A stretch of DNA of 64,000 bases from Eledone cirrhosa (GCA_964016885.1 OZ024747.1:17050001-17114000); one strand, 5' to 3'; counted from the stretch's first letter, positions 1-17,045 are shown. Program-made: numbers and translations. Notes: a model not told the origin generated them from the sequence alone.

Positions 1-404
1 TACTGTCACTTAATGTGTTCCTTCGGATTTTGAAATATTGATATAGATTATAACATTTCCAATAACAAAGAAGTTTATCTCATCATCTTGAATGTTCAGG
101 CACCTTCTATTCACAAGATTGATCGCAATGCTTGAGTTTTCGGAATTGGAAAAATTCATTCCTTTTTTAAAAGAAAACCAAGACCAAATTTTTCAGTACA
201 AATAAAATCATGATTGAGATTTCCAAATATTTTGGCAACGTGTGATATCTACTACTACTGTGAATTCTAGTAACATGTGCACTCAGTGTATCATGTTGTA
301 TAATCATTTACAGAATTCTATAGACATCATTGAGATAGCCATAGCTATTAAATAGGCATGAGAACTTAGCCGTAATTTGGTTAGAAACTGTGTTTTAGCA
401 AAAT

Positions 405-589
405 GCGGTGAATTGGCAGTATCGGTAGAGGGTCGGACATGCTTCCCAGCATAGTTACGTCCCTTTACGAACTGAGTTCAAATCCTGCCGAAGGTAACTT
501 TGCCTTTCATCCTTACGGGGTCGATAAAATAAAGTACTAGTAATGTACTCGGTAATTGCTGGCCTTCTGCCAAATGTAGAAACAATTAT
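405..589 (+). mobile_element. tRNA-derived SINE (~185 bp, family S), full length
   Basis: A-box-like TGGCAGTATCGG, B-box GAGTTCAAATCC, body ctttgcctttcatccttacggggtcgataaaataaagtac, tail gtagaaacaattat; many close copies in the window. Confidence 0.9.
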
Positions 590-1034
590 ATTTTTGAGCC
601 CATTTTATAATAAATCACGTGCTGAAATTCATAGTCAGAGGTTATTTGAATGTGACTGTGCTTCTGTGATAGTGGGAAACAACTCGGTCGAGATCAACGT
701 GTGTTATGGTTAATTGCTCGATTTTCACTGATATATTGTTTGAGCCCGATTCAAAGTAGAGGCTCCACTCTGAAACACAACAAAGGATATATCAGTATAC
801 GTTATTTATCAGATTGTCTAAGCTTACGATTACGAAATACGCACGTGAATGGCGTAAAACCAAGCTCACATTTATAGTTGTCAGTGTTGCTGCTCTGGAA
901 AAGTTCATATGAAAGATGACAGTGACGTGAACTAAGGGACTTTAGTTTAGAAGGATCTGTTATTTACTTTATTTTATTTCACACGTGATCAATACAACCA
1001 ATGATACCAGAGGGGGTTCGTCAATATCACACGT

Positions 1035-1907
<873 letters not shown>

Positions 1908-1955
1908 TTCTGTTCATTCCATTGCCTTCAATAATGTATTCCCTTGTGTGTATAA

Positions 1956-2143
1956 ATAATTGTTTCTACTTTTGGCACAAGGCCAGCAATTACCCAGTAC
2001 ATTACTGGTACTTTCTTTATCGACCGACCCCGTAAGGATGAAAGGCAAAGTTAACCTCGGCGGGATTTGAACTCTGACCGTAAAGGGACGTATCTATGCT
2101 GGAAAGCATGACGTCTGACTTGCTACCGATACAGCCAATTCAC
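1956..2143 (-). mobile_element. SINE family S with 7-bp TSD (aaataat)
   Basis: Reverse complement of the SINE consensus; aaataat at 1954-1960 and 2144-2150. Confidence 0.9.
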
Positions 2144-2494
2144 AAATAATGCACCCGTGAAATCCTAGAATAAAAACTATACAGCTTCCAAAAATCATTC
2201 AGCTGACTGATTACACTTACACATTGTAGGGAATGATTCTTAACTTATTAAATATTTATCGGATTTAAAATTTCCGTCGTTAACTATTTCCAGTAGAATC
2301 ACATTTCTAAGAACTTACAGATGGTTTTAATAGAGAATAGAAAGTATTAGGGAACGAGTAATGCAGTTAGGATTTGCTTAGAATATGTTATGAAATGTTT
2401 TCATAACATATGCTTTTAAAACCGTGCACGTGCACTACAGTAATTATGTAATTTGGAAATATCAGAAAGATGAAATTATGAAAACATACCGCGA

Positions 2495-2537
2495 TACTTT
2501 TTCACATTTTTCTTGTAAAGAAATTAGTATATATATA

Positions 2538-2595
<58 letters not shown>

Positions 2596-2699
2596 CGTAT
2601 ATATATATTTCACAGAAAAAAGAGAATATGTGTGTATATATATATATACTTTTTCACATTTTTCTTGTAAAGAAATTAGTATATATATATGTGTGTATA

Positions 2700-2748
<49 letters not shown>

Positions 2749-2765
2749 CACAGAAAAAAGAGAAT
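2495..2765. repeat. Local tandem duplication (~150 bp, includes TA tract)
   Basis: atactttttcacatttttcttgtaaagaaattag...atttcacagaaaaaagagaat occurs at ~2495-2627 and ~2646-2765. Confidence 0.85.
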
Positions 2766-2932
2766 CAGTGTTGCGGCGACGAAAGGAATTTTTTGGATAT
2801 GTTACAATTGTGTCTCGGGCGACCTGCTCGAGGTACGATCGATATGGTGATCAAACGTGACTCTGAAATCGCGCGGTCCTCGGATACGTCTCGATTCTAC
2901 AAAGCAGATTTTCCTATATAAGGAAATATATA

Positions 2933-2988
<56 letters not shown>

Positions 2989-3012
2989 AATTCAGAAACG
3001 AAATATATATAT

Positions 3013-3260
3013 ATATTGTTATACTTGGGGAGTGTCATATGTGTGTAATATTGCCAGAATCAATAACAGAACACACTCACTGTTTGGTTGGTTTTCGCTT
3101 TTCGCTTCTGTGTCTTTTATATCGGTAATTTAATTTATTCGGTTCTCAATGTTGCCATTGACTGATCAACGGTCAAAAATACAGATACAACATAGACACA
3201 AACACATATATATCATTTATCAAAGTTCTTTCGTTGCACATCTGCAACGACGTCAGTGGT
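3013..3260 (-). mobile_element. Family B hammerhead element, degenerate; may extend to ~3600
   Basis: Tail homologous to 16720-16774 and 41980-42120. Minus 3219-3260: acca CTGACGT c-gttgca-gatg-tgcaac GAAA gaac TT tgat (A9 mutated). Confidence 0.6.
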
Positions 3261-5010
3261 GCTATTGTTTCCTCCCGCTGCATTGTATTTTCTACGCCTA
3301 TCAAACGAAACACTATACACACCCGCAAACGCATGCGCAAAGAAGACAAAATAAAATAAACAAATAAATAAATATATAAACAGACTAAATAAAGATCGGA
3401 AGTGTTTGCGTCGTGTCAGCACTGCTTCCGGCACTCCTTCCAATATTTTAACCCAATATATAACAATGTCAGACTTGAACACATCACCGGTTCTAACACC
3501 ACACCTCAAGGGCATGCCTTACACCACAACACCACACTCTCTGATCCACTCTCCCTCGACACAAATCACTCCATATATCCATAACTTTATACCCTAGAAA
3601 TATCCCCATAAACACCAACTTTTAATATAATTACTTTCAATTACTTATAATTATATAGTGATATGATACAGTCTATATAAACTTTAAATACTAGATACGG
3701 CAGTGAATTATATATGCAATTGTAATTAAATGTATGGAGTAATAACATTAGATATATATAGGATTAATTTATTAACATAAGTGTTCTGTCCAACTTATAT
3801 GTAGCGTGCTGCAATGAATTATATATGAATTATATATGCAAGTATAATGGCATTGCAAGTATTAATGGCATTGTAAATGAGGGATATATTTGTCTGCCCT
3901 AGAGATGTATTTGGTTTTGTCATGCAAACAGCCATACGCTGCTCCATAACTTACCAGAGGTTATGTAGACAAAATTCTAATAGGTCCTCTGATATGTTTT
4001 GGGAGTAGACTGCATTTACAGTGAACTTTGATATAAAGTTATGGCACTTTGCATGGAAAATTAAATTATAGCACTATATAATAAGGAGTAAACAAATTCC
4101 TATAGATACATTTAATACATTATGATAGAGTAGACTGTATTTAAAATTGAAAATTAGACATAAATATAAAACCTTTTATATAAGGGACTCAATTGAGGCA
4201 CCATATAATGTATGTTAGAACAATGAATTTTGTCATGAAAATCAGCTAGTTACCTCCCCTTAAGCATTAACTCCCCTTAATTACACACCTACTTCCGGGT
4301 AATAAACCACTGTAGATTCTCGCAGCAGAAAGAACCTATTCTATAAATGTAGATTAAATAACACTGAGCCTCAATACGCTACAATAATTTAATGCATCAA
4401 ACATTCAATACGGAATCATCGTAACTTATGTGATGGATGTAAAAACTATTTTTCCTTTTTCTGAATGTGAAAATGGTGGTGGATACAAAAACTATAACTT
4501 TTATGATCTTTTTCTTCTTCTTTTTCTTCTTCTGCACACATACTTATTTTATCTATACAAAAAATACCCTGCCACTACAACCACCATAATACACTTGCTT
4601 ACCCGGTTAAAGTGCTTGCATTACATTTAACACCTTGCCACACAATTATCGTATATAAATGAGACACACTTGCATGCTCCATGTGTAACTAACGCATACA
4701 CTACCTACTAGATCTGACTATCAAACTATCCTCTTGCATTATCTGTGTTATCCGCCGAATGTATTTTAATTTTAATTTTGATTTTGATTTTGATTTTGAA
4801 TTTGAATTGCTGTACAAAGATAGTATAGTATAATATATGTCACACCACTGTGCATCAATATATATGTATCTGTATGTCTCTTGCGTTGGACAGAAGGTCA
4901 ATTATATGTACAGACATTGAAAAATGCTCCGAAGTCTCCAAGCCTAGGTTAGTATGAAACAATTGTAAGTGAATAAATGCTTTGAACATAGTTTTGATTC
5001 TTGTGAATTC

Positions 5011-7007
<1,997 letters not shown>

Positions 7008-7087
7008 GTGTGTGTATATATATGTTTCAGGACCACGATATTGATTGAATGGAAGGCAAGCCAAAGAAAACACAATACTAAAAAAGC

Positions 7088-7158
<71 letters not shown>

Positions 7159-7448
7159 CTGTGTGTGTCTCTCTCTCTATATATATATATAAATATTATA
7201 AATATATATAAATGTGTGTGTATGTGAATGTGTGTCTATGTATATGTTAATGAAATCGTTGCTCTAGAAGTAAGAGAAGATATAGAAATAAAGCATTTCA
7301 TTCGGTAAAAGAAAAAAATAATATATAATAATAATAATAATAATCGAGAACAGGTGGTTTAATGTATATCTAAAATGTTCATGAATCATTTCTGTTCTAT
7401 TGAACAACAAATTTAGAAACTATAAAGTACACTCATTCATATACATAC

Positions 7449-7479
<31 letters not shown>

Positions 7480-7658
7480 AATGAGTACATGTGCGTGTGC
7501 GAGTGTCTGCGCGCATGTAATGTGTGTGCGTGTGTGCGTGTGTACGGGAGTGGAGGCGTTCGTGAGATATTTTGTGGCAACATTCAGAAAAATAATTTTT
7601 ATAACCTTTAAAATATATGTATTTAATTCTTCATCACAGATTTGTCAACATATATAAG

Positions 7659-7810
7659 ATATCATCATCATTTTACATCCAGTTTTCCCTGCTTGCAAGG
7701 GTGGGATGGGTCCTATTCAGCACAAGATCTCTTCATTCGTTACGGTCCTTCGTCATCATCTCCGTGAGCTTCAGCGATCTGAGGTCATCTCTCACTACCT
7801 CCGGCCATGA
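7659..7810 (-). mobile_element. RTE-type LINE 3' end with (GAT)n tail
   Basis: Minus translation WPEVVRDDLRSLKLTEMMTKDRNE*RDLV matches the RTE C-terminal W.EVV..DL..L.L....T.DR..WR pattern; ends in atgatgatgat. Confidence 0.75.
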
Positions 7811-8427
7811 TTATCGAACTTGAAATAGCAGCCTAATAATTCTCATATATCAAGTTTCTTTAAACAAAAGGAAATTTGATGTTTTCCTGGATACCGTATT
7901 ATTGAAAATAAGATTGAAATGGCACGGACGTATGCCTTGGTGTATATGTCCACTGGACCAATGTTACTTGGGGGTAAACACCAACGACACTCTTTGAAAA
8001 ACTAACGAAGGGAATGTTTTGCATTGTTAATATGCTAGAATTAGAAGGAAATTTTGTCAAAACAACTCTATCATATCTTACATAAATGATACCACGTCAT
8101 ATATTGGAGGAGAAAATGACCTGTATGTCAAATATCGTAGGTTTGATTATTATAACTACAATGAAATGTGAAATGCTTTCCTAAAGATATTTTGCTGATA
8201 TTTTCGTTCGTATGACAAGGTCATCTCCATGCTCTGTAGTAGGGGTCATATTCTACATAAAATACTCATCACCATCAATATCATTTCGTCAGTCTATTTG
8301 ACCAACATAAATCAGAAATGTATTCCTTTAACAATTGTAAGCCCGACGCTCTAACTTCTAAGCCATGCGCCTACATATATATATATAACAAGAAACAAAT
8401 TTGTAATACATACATACATATATAAAT

Positions 8428-8534
<107 letters not shown>

Positions 8535-8582
8535 TATGTATACATATATATATATAAATATATAATTATGCATATATATATA

Positions 8583-8627
<45 letters not shown>

Positions 8628-8653
8628 ATATATGCATATATATATATATATAT

Positions 8654-8846
8654 AACGAAGGAAATGTGGTAAGGAACCAGGTGGACCATAACGCACCAAA
8701 GTACTCAATACTTAGGGTGGTAGAGTGGGTAATAGGGACGAGTAGGACCCCGACGGCTGAGCTCAAGCCGTTTCGACGGCTAATTCTGGACGTGCAGAAT
8801 TAACCGTCGAAACGGCTTGAGCTCAGCCGTCGGGGTCTTATTCGTT

Positions 8847-8851
<5 letters not shown>
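8654..8851 (-). mobile_element. Family A fold-back element with hammerhead 3' half, inside (TA)n
   Basis: Palindrome arms 8732-8788 and 8795-8851; GAAA-CGGCT-tgagctc-AGCCG-TC-ggggtc; same family as 13578, 15003, 39177, 45369 and 46255. Confidence 0.8.
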
Positions 8852-8899
<48 letters not shown>

Positions 8900-8904
8900 T
8901 ACAT

Positions 8905-8970
<66 letters not shown>

Positions 8971-10237
8971 GTCTGTATTTATATGTGTATGTATGTATTA
9001 CAAATTTGTTTATATAAACGGTTTGCCGATTTATAAGTAGGATATGTATTTTCCTATCTAGGATGCTCTCGTATGTAAACAGATCTGATTGCACTACTGA
9101 GAAGTGATATCATATATCGCTTACTAAATATCAAATACATATATAAAAAAAATTATTTCCGATTTTAGAAAAATATACATCCCTCCGAGCAGGGAATCAC
9201 AATGAATGTGGTATTCTTTAGCTCGACGATTTTTTATTTAGCGTTTCCTTTTTCATATCGGAAAAGGGAGAGGTCTCGACAGTGATTTTATTTTGGCGTA
9301 TAATTGCATCATAATTCAGTTGCTTCTTGATATTTTTAAATTTCTGCTAACATCCATCAGTATTCAAGATTAAAATATATGTGCGTATAAATGTTCTATT
9401 GGGGCGCAGAGGAAGCGTCAATTTCATAACACAAGAAAGCAGCCAGTTTCCGTATTGTTGTAAAGGATCTACGGAAATAGATCGATATTATATTCACTTG
9501 CCTCTTCCACATGCTGAATATCAAGCGATGCTTTCAGAACCAATAAGGAAAGGAGGAATATAAGCTTACACATTGAAAACAAATTCTTTGCTTTGCAAAA
9601 GATTATGGTATATATTTTTATGTCTCTATTTTCTAAAAACCATGTTTATAAACACACACACTCATATATATATATATATATATATTGAGAGAAAGAGAAA
9701 GGGAGAGAGAAAGAAAGCGAGTGAGAAAGAGATCGAGAGAGATCGAGAGAGATCGAGTGAGAAACAGAGATTGAGAGAGACAGAGAGTTCGTGAGAAATA
9801 AATAAATAATATTATATTGCACCAAAAATTCTAAATCAATTATTTTTAATATTTTTGGCCTGATTTTTTTTTTTAGTCTTAAGCATATCGTCATTTCTCA
9901 AATTTCTACTTGCTATCGATTATTAATTATTTTTATTTTTATTTTCATTTTGATAATATACACTCCTTGATATCTCTGATTATTTGCATCTGTGGGCATA
10001 TTCTAAAAACATTATTTCTTTATATGTAGCTATTTGCGAGAAGGCAGCAAGAAATCCTCCATACCTAAAATATCTCAATCGTAAAAGAAGCTGCGTGTGT
10101 TTTAAGATGACAAGATTGCATAAACAAATACATACTACCATGTATTATAACGAATTAAATATTTTTTCTGTTAAATTATAGATTATTGTTTTAGGGTAGA
10201 TTTTCAATATTCATGTCAAACAGACATATGTTTTCTT

Positions 10238-10283
<46 letters not shown>

Positions 10284-10455
10284 TGTGTTTATGCATTCTT
10301 AAGTAGGCGTGTGAATCGATGCGTATATAAATACATGTCTAACTAGTGGAGTATGTAAGTATGTATGCATGTATCTTTGCATGTATGCATGTGTATATGC
10401 ATATATATGCATGTATATATGCATATATACATGCGTGTATATATGCATGCATATA

Positions 10456-10530
<75 letters not shown>

Positions 10531-10569
10531 GTATGCATTATGAATATATGTATATATGTATGTATGTGC

Positions 10570-10856
10570 GTTTGTTTCTCTTTCTCTTAATTTCGAGTAG
10601 ATTTTTGGTGGCAAGGTTGTAAAAGAAAGGAAATTGTCATCCCTTGAATCGCAAAAATTGTTATGCAAATTTTGAAGGTGCCACCTATCGCAGCGACATG
10701 AACTCTATGAATTAGGGAGCTGCACCATTTGTTCACATATCCAAGTTCAGTTACACTTCGGTCCAAGCGGGTTGGTATATAACCTGTAGCTCCTATAATG
10801 ATGGGTATGAACATGAAGGTGTATCTTGGATCTGCAAACTCCTCATCAATGGTCCG
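10570..10856 (-). mobile_element. C-terminal remnant of an RLE-type (R4/Dong-like) non-LTR retrotransposon plus 3' UTR, in a (CATA)n tract
   Basis: FIPIIIGATGYIPTRLDRSVTELGY...[17 protein letters not shown] fits the V.PIVIGALG.IP..L...L..LG...LQ.A...GT..I terminus of restriction-like endonuclease LINEs. Confidence 0.7.
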
Positions 10857-11212
10857 TATGTATGTATGTATGCATATGTGTATGCATGTATATATGCATG
10901 TATGTGTGTATGCATACATGTACACATGTATGAATGTGTGTTTGTGTTTATCTATAGTATATCATATACTTAAACAGCAATCGATTTCAGTGCAGAAGAT
11001 CTGGGATTCGGTATGTTCATTCATAAATTATTATATATTTTATATTTACATATTGCGAAATAAATTTATTATGGTTATTATGAACTATAATATTTCAGAG
11101 CAATATAGTATTTTTGTTTAACTCTTTCACTTGGATATTTGTGGTTAACTTTGTTTAATATTTCTTCAAATCAGGTAAGAAAACCCGCTTCCAAACATTA
11201 GTAATGCAACAT

Positions 11213-11408
11213 TTGAGAATATACATAATATAAGGCAAATGGCCACATCCACTGAATACATAACCTTATCAAACTTCGTGTATATTGAACAAGAAGCTTT
11301 TTGCGAAATTGAGAATATACATAATATAAGGCAAATGGCCACATCCACTGAATACATAATCTTATCAAACTTCGTGTATATTGAACAAGAAGCTCTTTGC
11401 GAAATTGA
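11213..11408. repeat. 96-bp tandem duplication
   Basis: ttgagaatatacataatataaggcaaatggcc... at 11213 and 11309, near identical. Confidence 0.92.
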
Positions 11409-11463
11409 AAGAAAGAAAACCAAACTATTGCATATAATTAGATCTCTCATATAAATGTAAATA

Positions 11464-11653
11464 TAGTTTCTACTGTTGGCACAAGGTCATCAAAAACCCC
11501 TAGTGCATCACTGGTGCTTTATTTTATCGACCACGTAAGGATGAAAGGCAAAAATTAACCTCGGCGAATTTGAACTCAGAACGTAAAAGACCATAACTCT
11601 ATGTTACAAAATATTATACCGATACTGCCAAAATATTATACCGATACTGCCAA
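11464..11653 (-). mobile_element. SINE family S, diverged, with ~22-bp tandem duplication at its head
   Basis: Reverse-complement SINE body; aaaatattataccgatactgcc occurs twice. Confidence 0.8.
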
Positions 11654-12289
11654 AATACCACCCTTGTAAATAATAATCATGATTTAATACGATCATTTAG
11701 TAATGCCTTTTTTTCTGTTTGTAGTGTTATTAGTGTTTAGCTCAAATCATCCTTGACTGGCAAAAATTAACCTCGGCGATATGTGATCAAACACAACCCA
11801 GGAATGATACCATATTACCTTCAAAGTATGCACCTCATATTTGGCTATATATTTTCTTCTATATATTTTATTCACTTTATAACATAAGATTATGCTTTGG
11901 GAGAGGTTTGGCTGATGAATCTTTCAGGCAGAATGGAAATGCATTTGGAATCATATAGAGAATTACATGTAAATCCATATACAATTAAAGTAAACTAAAA
12001 CTAATTGAATGATATTTACGTGTTTTTTGTACTGATATTCTTCTCTCTTATCTATACCTGTCAGATTATATCATCCCGTATGAATTATATAGAATAAAAT
12101 ATTTTCAAAAATTCCAAAATTCGTACCTAAGTAAAATAATCCCCAGCGAGTGTGACATTTTTCCAATCTTGCTACCTAGATTAGCAACGTAGCTACATTG
12201 AGAGAATCCCTAGCATAATTACATTGGTAAGAAGCATTTTTTTATACGCTTATGTATTTATACATATATGTACACACACACACACACAG

Positions 12290-12429
<140 letters not shown>

Positions 12430-13531
12430 TTATATATATAAATTTATATATTTATTTACTACGTGTATTAGGTTGGATACATATCGTCCCCAATCCACGC
12501 AATATGTGTAATAAATTCAAAATCCTCTCAGGTATTGATAATTTCAAGTATGGTGTTTTTTTCTAAATTTGATATGATAATAATCCCATTTATATATGTG
12601 TGCATATATAAATCTTCTCTCAACACGGGAGCAATGGAAGAAATATACACTATACCTTTCTATAAAACATTCACGAAATTAAGTGCAATGTCTCACTTTA
12701 AGTACATAAATATGCATATGGTGACAGTAAAATTCCATCCATTTATTCGTTATAAACCTTGTTTATGTGTATTGTAAGAGGTATCTTTATTTACTCTCCA
12801 AAACAGGATCTATAAACACAGCATTATTTTCTATATATTAAATGTGCCTGTTGTTTACTCTTACCTCTTTATTAGCCGTTCTTTATATAATACGAAGCTA
12901 AAATATCTGTCGCTTTATAGATTTGTTTCTTGAATAGCATGTCACAACACGAATGAACTTTATATATAACTCAAACTGTAGATAACATCGATTTGTTAAT
13001 GCTATCTTGTCATTTCTAGATAAATGAACATTAATGATGTTTGGTATTAACCTGACTTTTATCAGACGCTATGGATGTAGGAGTGCTATGTATCTTGCCA
13101 TTAGCTTGCACATGTTGCTCTCTTTTACTTTTCAAATTGCATGCAAAGGTCAGAAACCACTTTAATATCTACATTGAATTTTCTACTAAGAACATCTGGC
13201 AATTGAAAAGAAATTGTACGAGGAATAGTAACCCGAGAGGAAGCAGAAGACAAACACATGTACGATTAATGCAGGTGGTTACGTATCATGTGAGGAAAAA
13301 GTAAAAAATAATCTGAGAAAAGAAGGAAGTGTGCCAAGCGAAAGTAAACTGGTTTATTGTAAGTATTAAGGAAGTGAAATCTAAAATGTAGATTTAATAT
13401 AAATGCTGCAGGCGACGAAAACTATATATATAGATAAATATGCCGTTTGAGGGATCACACAAAATGAGAAATTTGAATGATCTATGGAATAACCTTTACA
13501 TTACATATATATGAGTATACATATATATATT

Positions 13532-13577
<46 letters not shown>

Positions 13578-13580
<3 letters not shown>

Positions 13581-13766
13581 GAAAAGATTCAGGAACCCGA
13601 CGGCTGTGCTCCGGCCGTTTCGACAGCTAGATCCGAACTGTTCGAATCGGCCCGAGCTCAGCTGTCGGGCTCCTGACTCTTTTCCTATTACTCACTCTAC
13701 TACCCTAAGTATTGAGTACTCTGGTGCGTTATGGCCCACCTGGTGTCTTACCAACCTTCTTTGTTT
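13578..13766 (+). mobile_element. Family A fold-back element (older variant)
   Basis: Inverted arms around 13621-13645; tail ctaccctaagtattgagtactctggtgcgttatgg running into TA. Confidence 0.8.
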
Positions 13767-14434
13767 TATATATATATATTAAGACTAGACCAGGCAAACA
13801 CAGAGATGCAAAAATACAAATTAAACCAGATGATATGCTTTTATAAACATCGAATTGAATTTACTAAAGAATCAATAAATAATTTTATTTTTTTTATTTT
13901 ATTTTGTTGATTTCCAAATTACACCAGTGTTGAATATTGGATTTTATAGTTGAGTGAGTATAGGGACACACTGGGACAAGTCATACGTAATTATAGAAAT
14001 TTCTCTGAAGCCTTAGTGATTGTACGACGTCAGATTTTTTCCAGACTTTGAAGGCACATATTTCATTCGATATGTATATAAGATAGAATATACTATATTC
14101 TGGAGATGGCCTTATTTTTGGCTACTAATACAAAATAATTATGATTAGAAGTAAACAAAAATTAGTATGTAATGTGAAAAAATTATTATGAAATGGCGTT
14201 GTGAAACAGAAGGTATACTGTAAACGATATTTAAAGCATCTAAATATTTGAACTTCATAAAGATATTATCCACCCATACGAATTTCAAATCCAAACGATC
14301 TACACAAAGGGAATATTCATTAGCTGGGGTTGGTCATATGTCCATTTCTTACATAAAATTGTGGTCAGCTTATATTTTGATTCATTTATATCCATACAGA
14401 CGCATTTGTGTGAAAAGATGTATAGATATACGCA

Positions 14435-14468
<34 letters not shown>

Positions 14469-14758
14469 ATATATGTATATGTCTGAGTAACTAAGTAGAA
14501 CTTCGGAAATAAAACGCGAGATAGTAGGCAGCAGTGAATGAATATGAATACCATTACAAAGAAATATGTAAGAATGAAGAGCTAAAAAGAATTCATGTAA
14601 TATACTACCCTGCCGTGAATGTCTGCTCTTGACACATATTGAAATATGGATTGCTGAGATGTGTATATTTCCATTTCATAAGGAATCTAAACACATATGT
14701 ATGTAAATAAATACGCACGCACATGTATATTTACATATATATAGACACACACATGTAC

Positions 14759-14793
<35 letters not shown>

Positions 14794-14862
14794 TAGAGAG
14801 TTAGATATACATACATATATATATATATATAGATATATACAGACATATATATATAGATATAG

Positions 14863-14903
<41 letters not shown>

Positions 14904-14907
14904 TATG

Positions 14908-14939
<32 letters not shown>

Positions 14940-15002
14940 CATAATATATACATATTGTTTATATATATGTATACATTTTATAAAAAATATGTTATACCTA
15001 TT

Positions 15003-15160
15003 AAAACCAGGTCGACGTTAACGCATCACAGTACTAGATACTTGCGGTAGTAGAGTGGGTAGTATGAAAATATTCAGGACCCCGACGGCTGAGCTCCGGC
15101 GTTCGGATCTTGCTGTCGAAACCAGCGGTGCTTGGCAGTCGGGTTCCGGAATCCTTTCAT
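15003..15160 (-). mobile_element. Family A fold-back element, diverged
   Basis: gtagtagagtgggta..caggaccccgacggctgagctcc..gctgtcgaaac..gtcgggttcc, flanked by TA-rich repeats. Confidence 0.7.
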
Positions 15161-15440
15161 ATATATATATATATATGTGTTTGTGTACGTGTGTGTGTCT
15201 GTACGTGTGTGTGTGTGTGTGTGCGTGTGTGTCTGTGTACACGTGCTTATATAAATAGATACAGAAACACACATCGATTCTCTCTCAGATGAATTCATGC
15301 TGATGTCTGTTCGTGGGGAATCTGACAACAGCATTAATGTATGCTGTTAGCAAACTAATATTTAATTGTGCCGTATTCTGCTACAATACACACGCCCCAT
15401 TTTAAAATACAATTCTTGAAACGAAATGCAGAACACTCCC

Positions 15441-15612
15441 TCGGTAGAGGGTCGGACGCCATGCTTTCCAGCATAGTTACGTCCCTTTACGATCTGAGTT
15501 CAAATCCCGCCAAGGTTGACTTTGCCTTTCATCCTTACGGGGTCGATAAAATAAAGTACCAGTAATGCACTGGGTAATGTCTGGCCTTGTGCCTAAAGTA
15601 GAAACAATTATT
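15441..15612 (+). mobile_element. SINE family S, 5'-truncated
   Basis: Matches consensus from tcggtagagg to gtagaaacaattatt. Confidence 0.9.
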
Positions 15613-16525
15613 TTGTTATGTTGGACACTAGCATCCCATCTGTTGCTCCAAGCCAGTGGCATCAATGTTGGAAAATCAGAGTTTATTTGCGACTACAGTT
15701 TAAAAGTTCTGCTCTTAGTGCATCAATATATAACATTACATGAATGCATCAAGCCAACATTAGTTTTGTATATTCTTTTATACAGGTTCTGATAACTGTA
15801 TCCTTTTATCTATAGACATATGACATCATTGGAAATAATAAAAATGACAATTGCAAAGTGCTATCTTTGATTGAATAACTTTGCATTTGTGGGGGAGTGA
15901 ATTGTCACATCAACAACGCAGAAATGAATATTCACATATTGCTTCTACTGGTAACTAACAATATTACGTAATGTTGATAGTGAGATGTCTCTTGTCTCTC
16001 CAATAAAATTTCACATGGCATATGATCGCCGTCATAAAATTTAATATTTTAGCGTGATGTAACGTAGTTTACTCAGATTATATTCATATTTCAAAGTTTA
16101 AAATATTTCAGAAAAGATTTATGAATTACTATTCATTTCTTATACTTAAGCACGAATGTATTGTTTTGCAATAGTTAAAGTTCATTCGTGTTCTCAGATA
16201 ACATTTGATGTATTATACTTCCATTTTATTTATTTTATTATTGTCAGCTTCATTTGAACTCCTATAATAACTATAATAAAAGGCACACTATAGAGATAAT
16301 TATATTAGGAGACTTCCTATAAGTAGTTTCTGACGCACTGAATATATAGCAATGTGGTGATCAAATGATATGAGAAACAAACGACGGATATAAATACGAA
16401 CAAGTAAAGAATACAAAGGTTCAAAGGAAAAAAGCGATTACAACTAAATTTATAAAAGGGATCAAACGTAATACAGCCATATATACACACGCAAACACAT
16501 ACACACACATATACACACGCACACG

Positions 16526-16621
<96 letters not shown>

Positions 16622-16660
16622 CATATATTGTATGTATATATATATATATGTATATACATA

Positions 16661-16981
16661 TATTTCGTTTCTGAATTTGTTTAGCAAGATTCTTTATCTG
16701 AAATCGTGTGTTGAAACCGATATTGTTATACTTTGGGAGGGTCATGTTGCCAATAAGAAACACACGCACCAGTTGCTTTCACTTCAATTTATTATATATT
16801 TATAAATTTATAAATTTACAAATCTACAAACCTATAAATTTCTGGTTGGTTGGTTGGTTCCACAACCAGATAGTTGTTTATATATAGTCATAGTCCTTTC
16901 GTCACACACTATGTGACCTCTTCAGTAACTGGTGCGTGTGTTTCTTATTGGCAACATGACCCTCCCAAAGTATAACAATAT
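16661..16981 (-). mobile_element. Family B hammerhead element with perfect 55-bp inverted repeat
   Basis: 16720-16774 is the exact reverse complement of 16927-16981; flanked by TA tracts. Confidence 0.8.
16887..16929 (-). ncRNA. Minimal type I hammerhead ribozyme (family B)
   Basis: gtta CTGAAGA g-g-tcaca-tagtg-tgtga-c GAAA ggac TA tgac. Confidence 0.7.
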
Positions 16982-16995
16982 ATACATATATATAT

Positions 16996-17045
<50 letters not shown>

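Noticed and set aside
405-500. Functional tRNA gene at SINE heads
   Set aside because: A and B boxes are present, but the spacing is too long, there is no cloverleaf, and the head is always attached to the SINE body
3402-3584. Peptide ..VRLEHITGSNTTPQGHALHHN.. vaguely like a PLE GIY-YIG C-terminus
   Set aside because: No GIY/YIG motif, and opposite strand to the adjacent hammerhead; needs an HMM search
11912-11950. CTGATGA...GAAATGCATTT hammerhead-like string
   Set aside because: Stems I and II cannot pair; it lies in an old SINE-like tail
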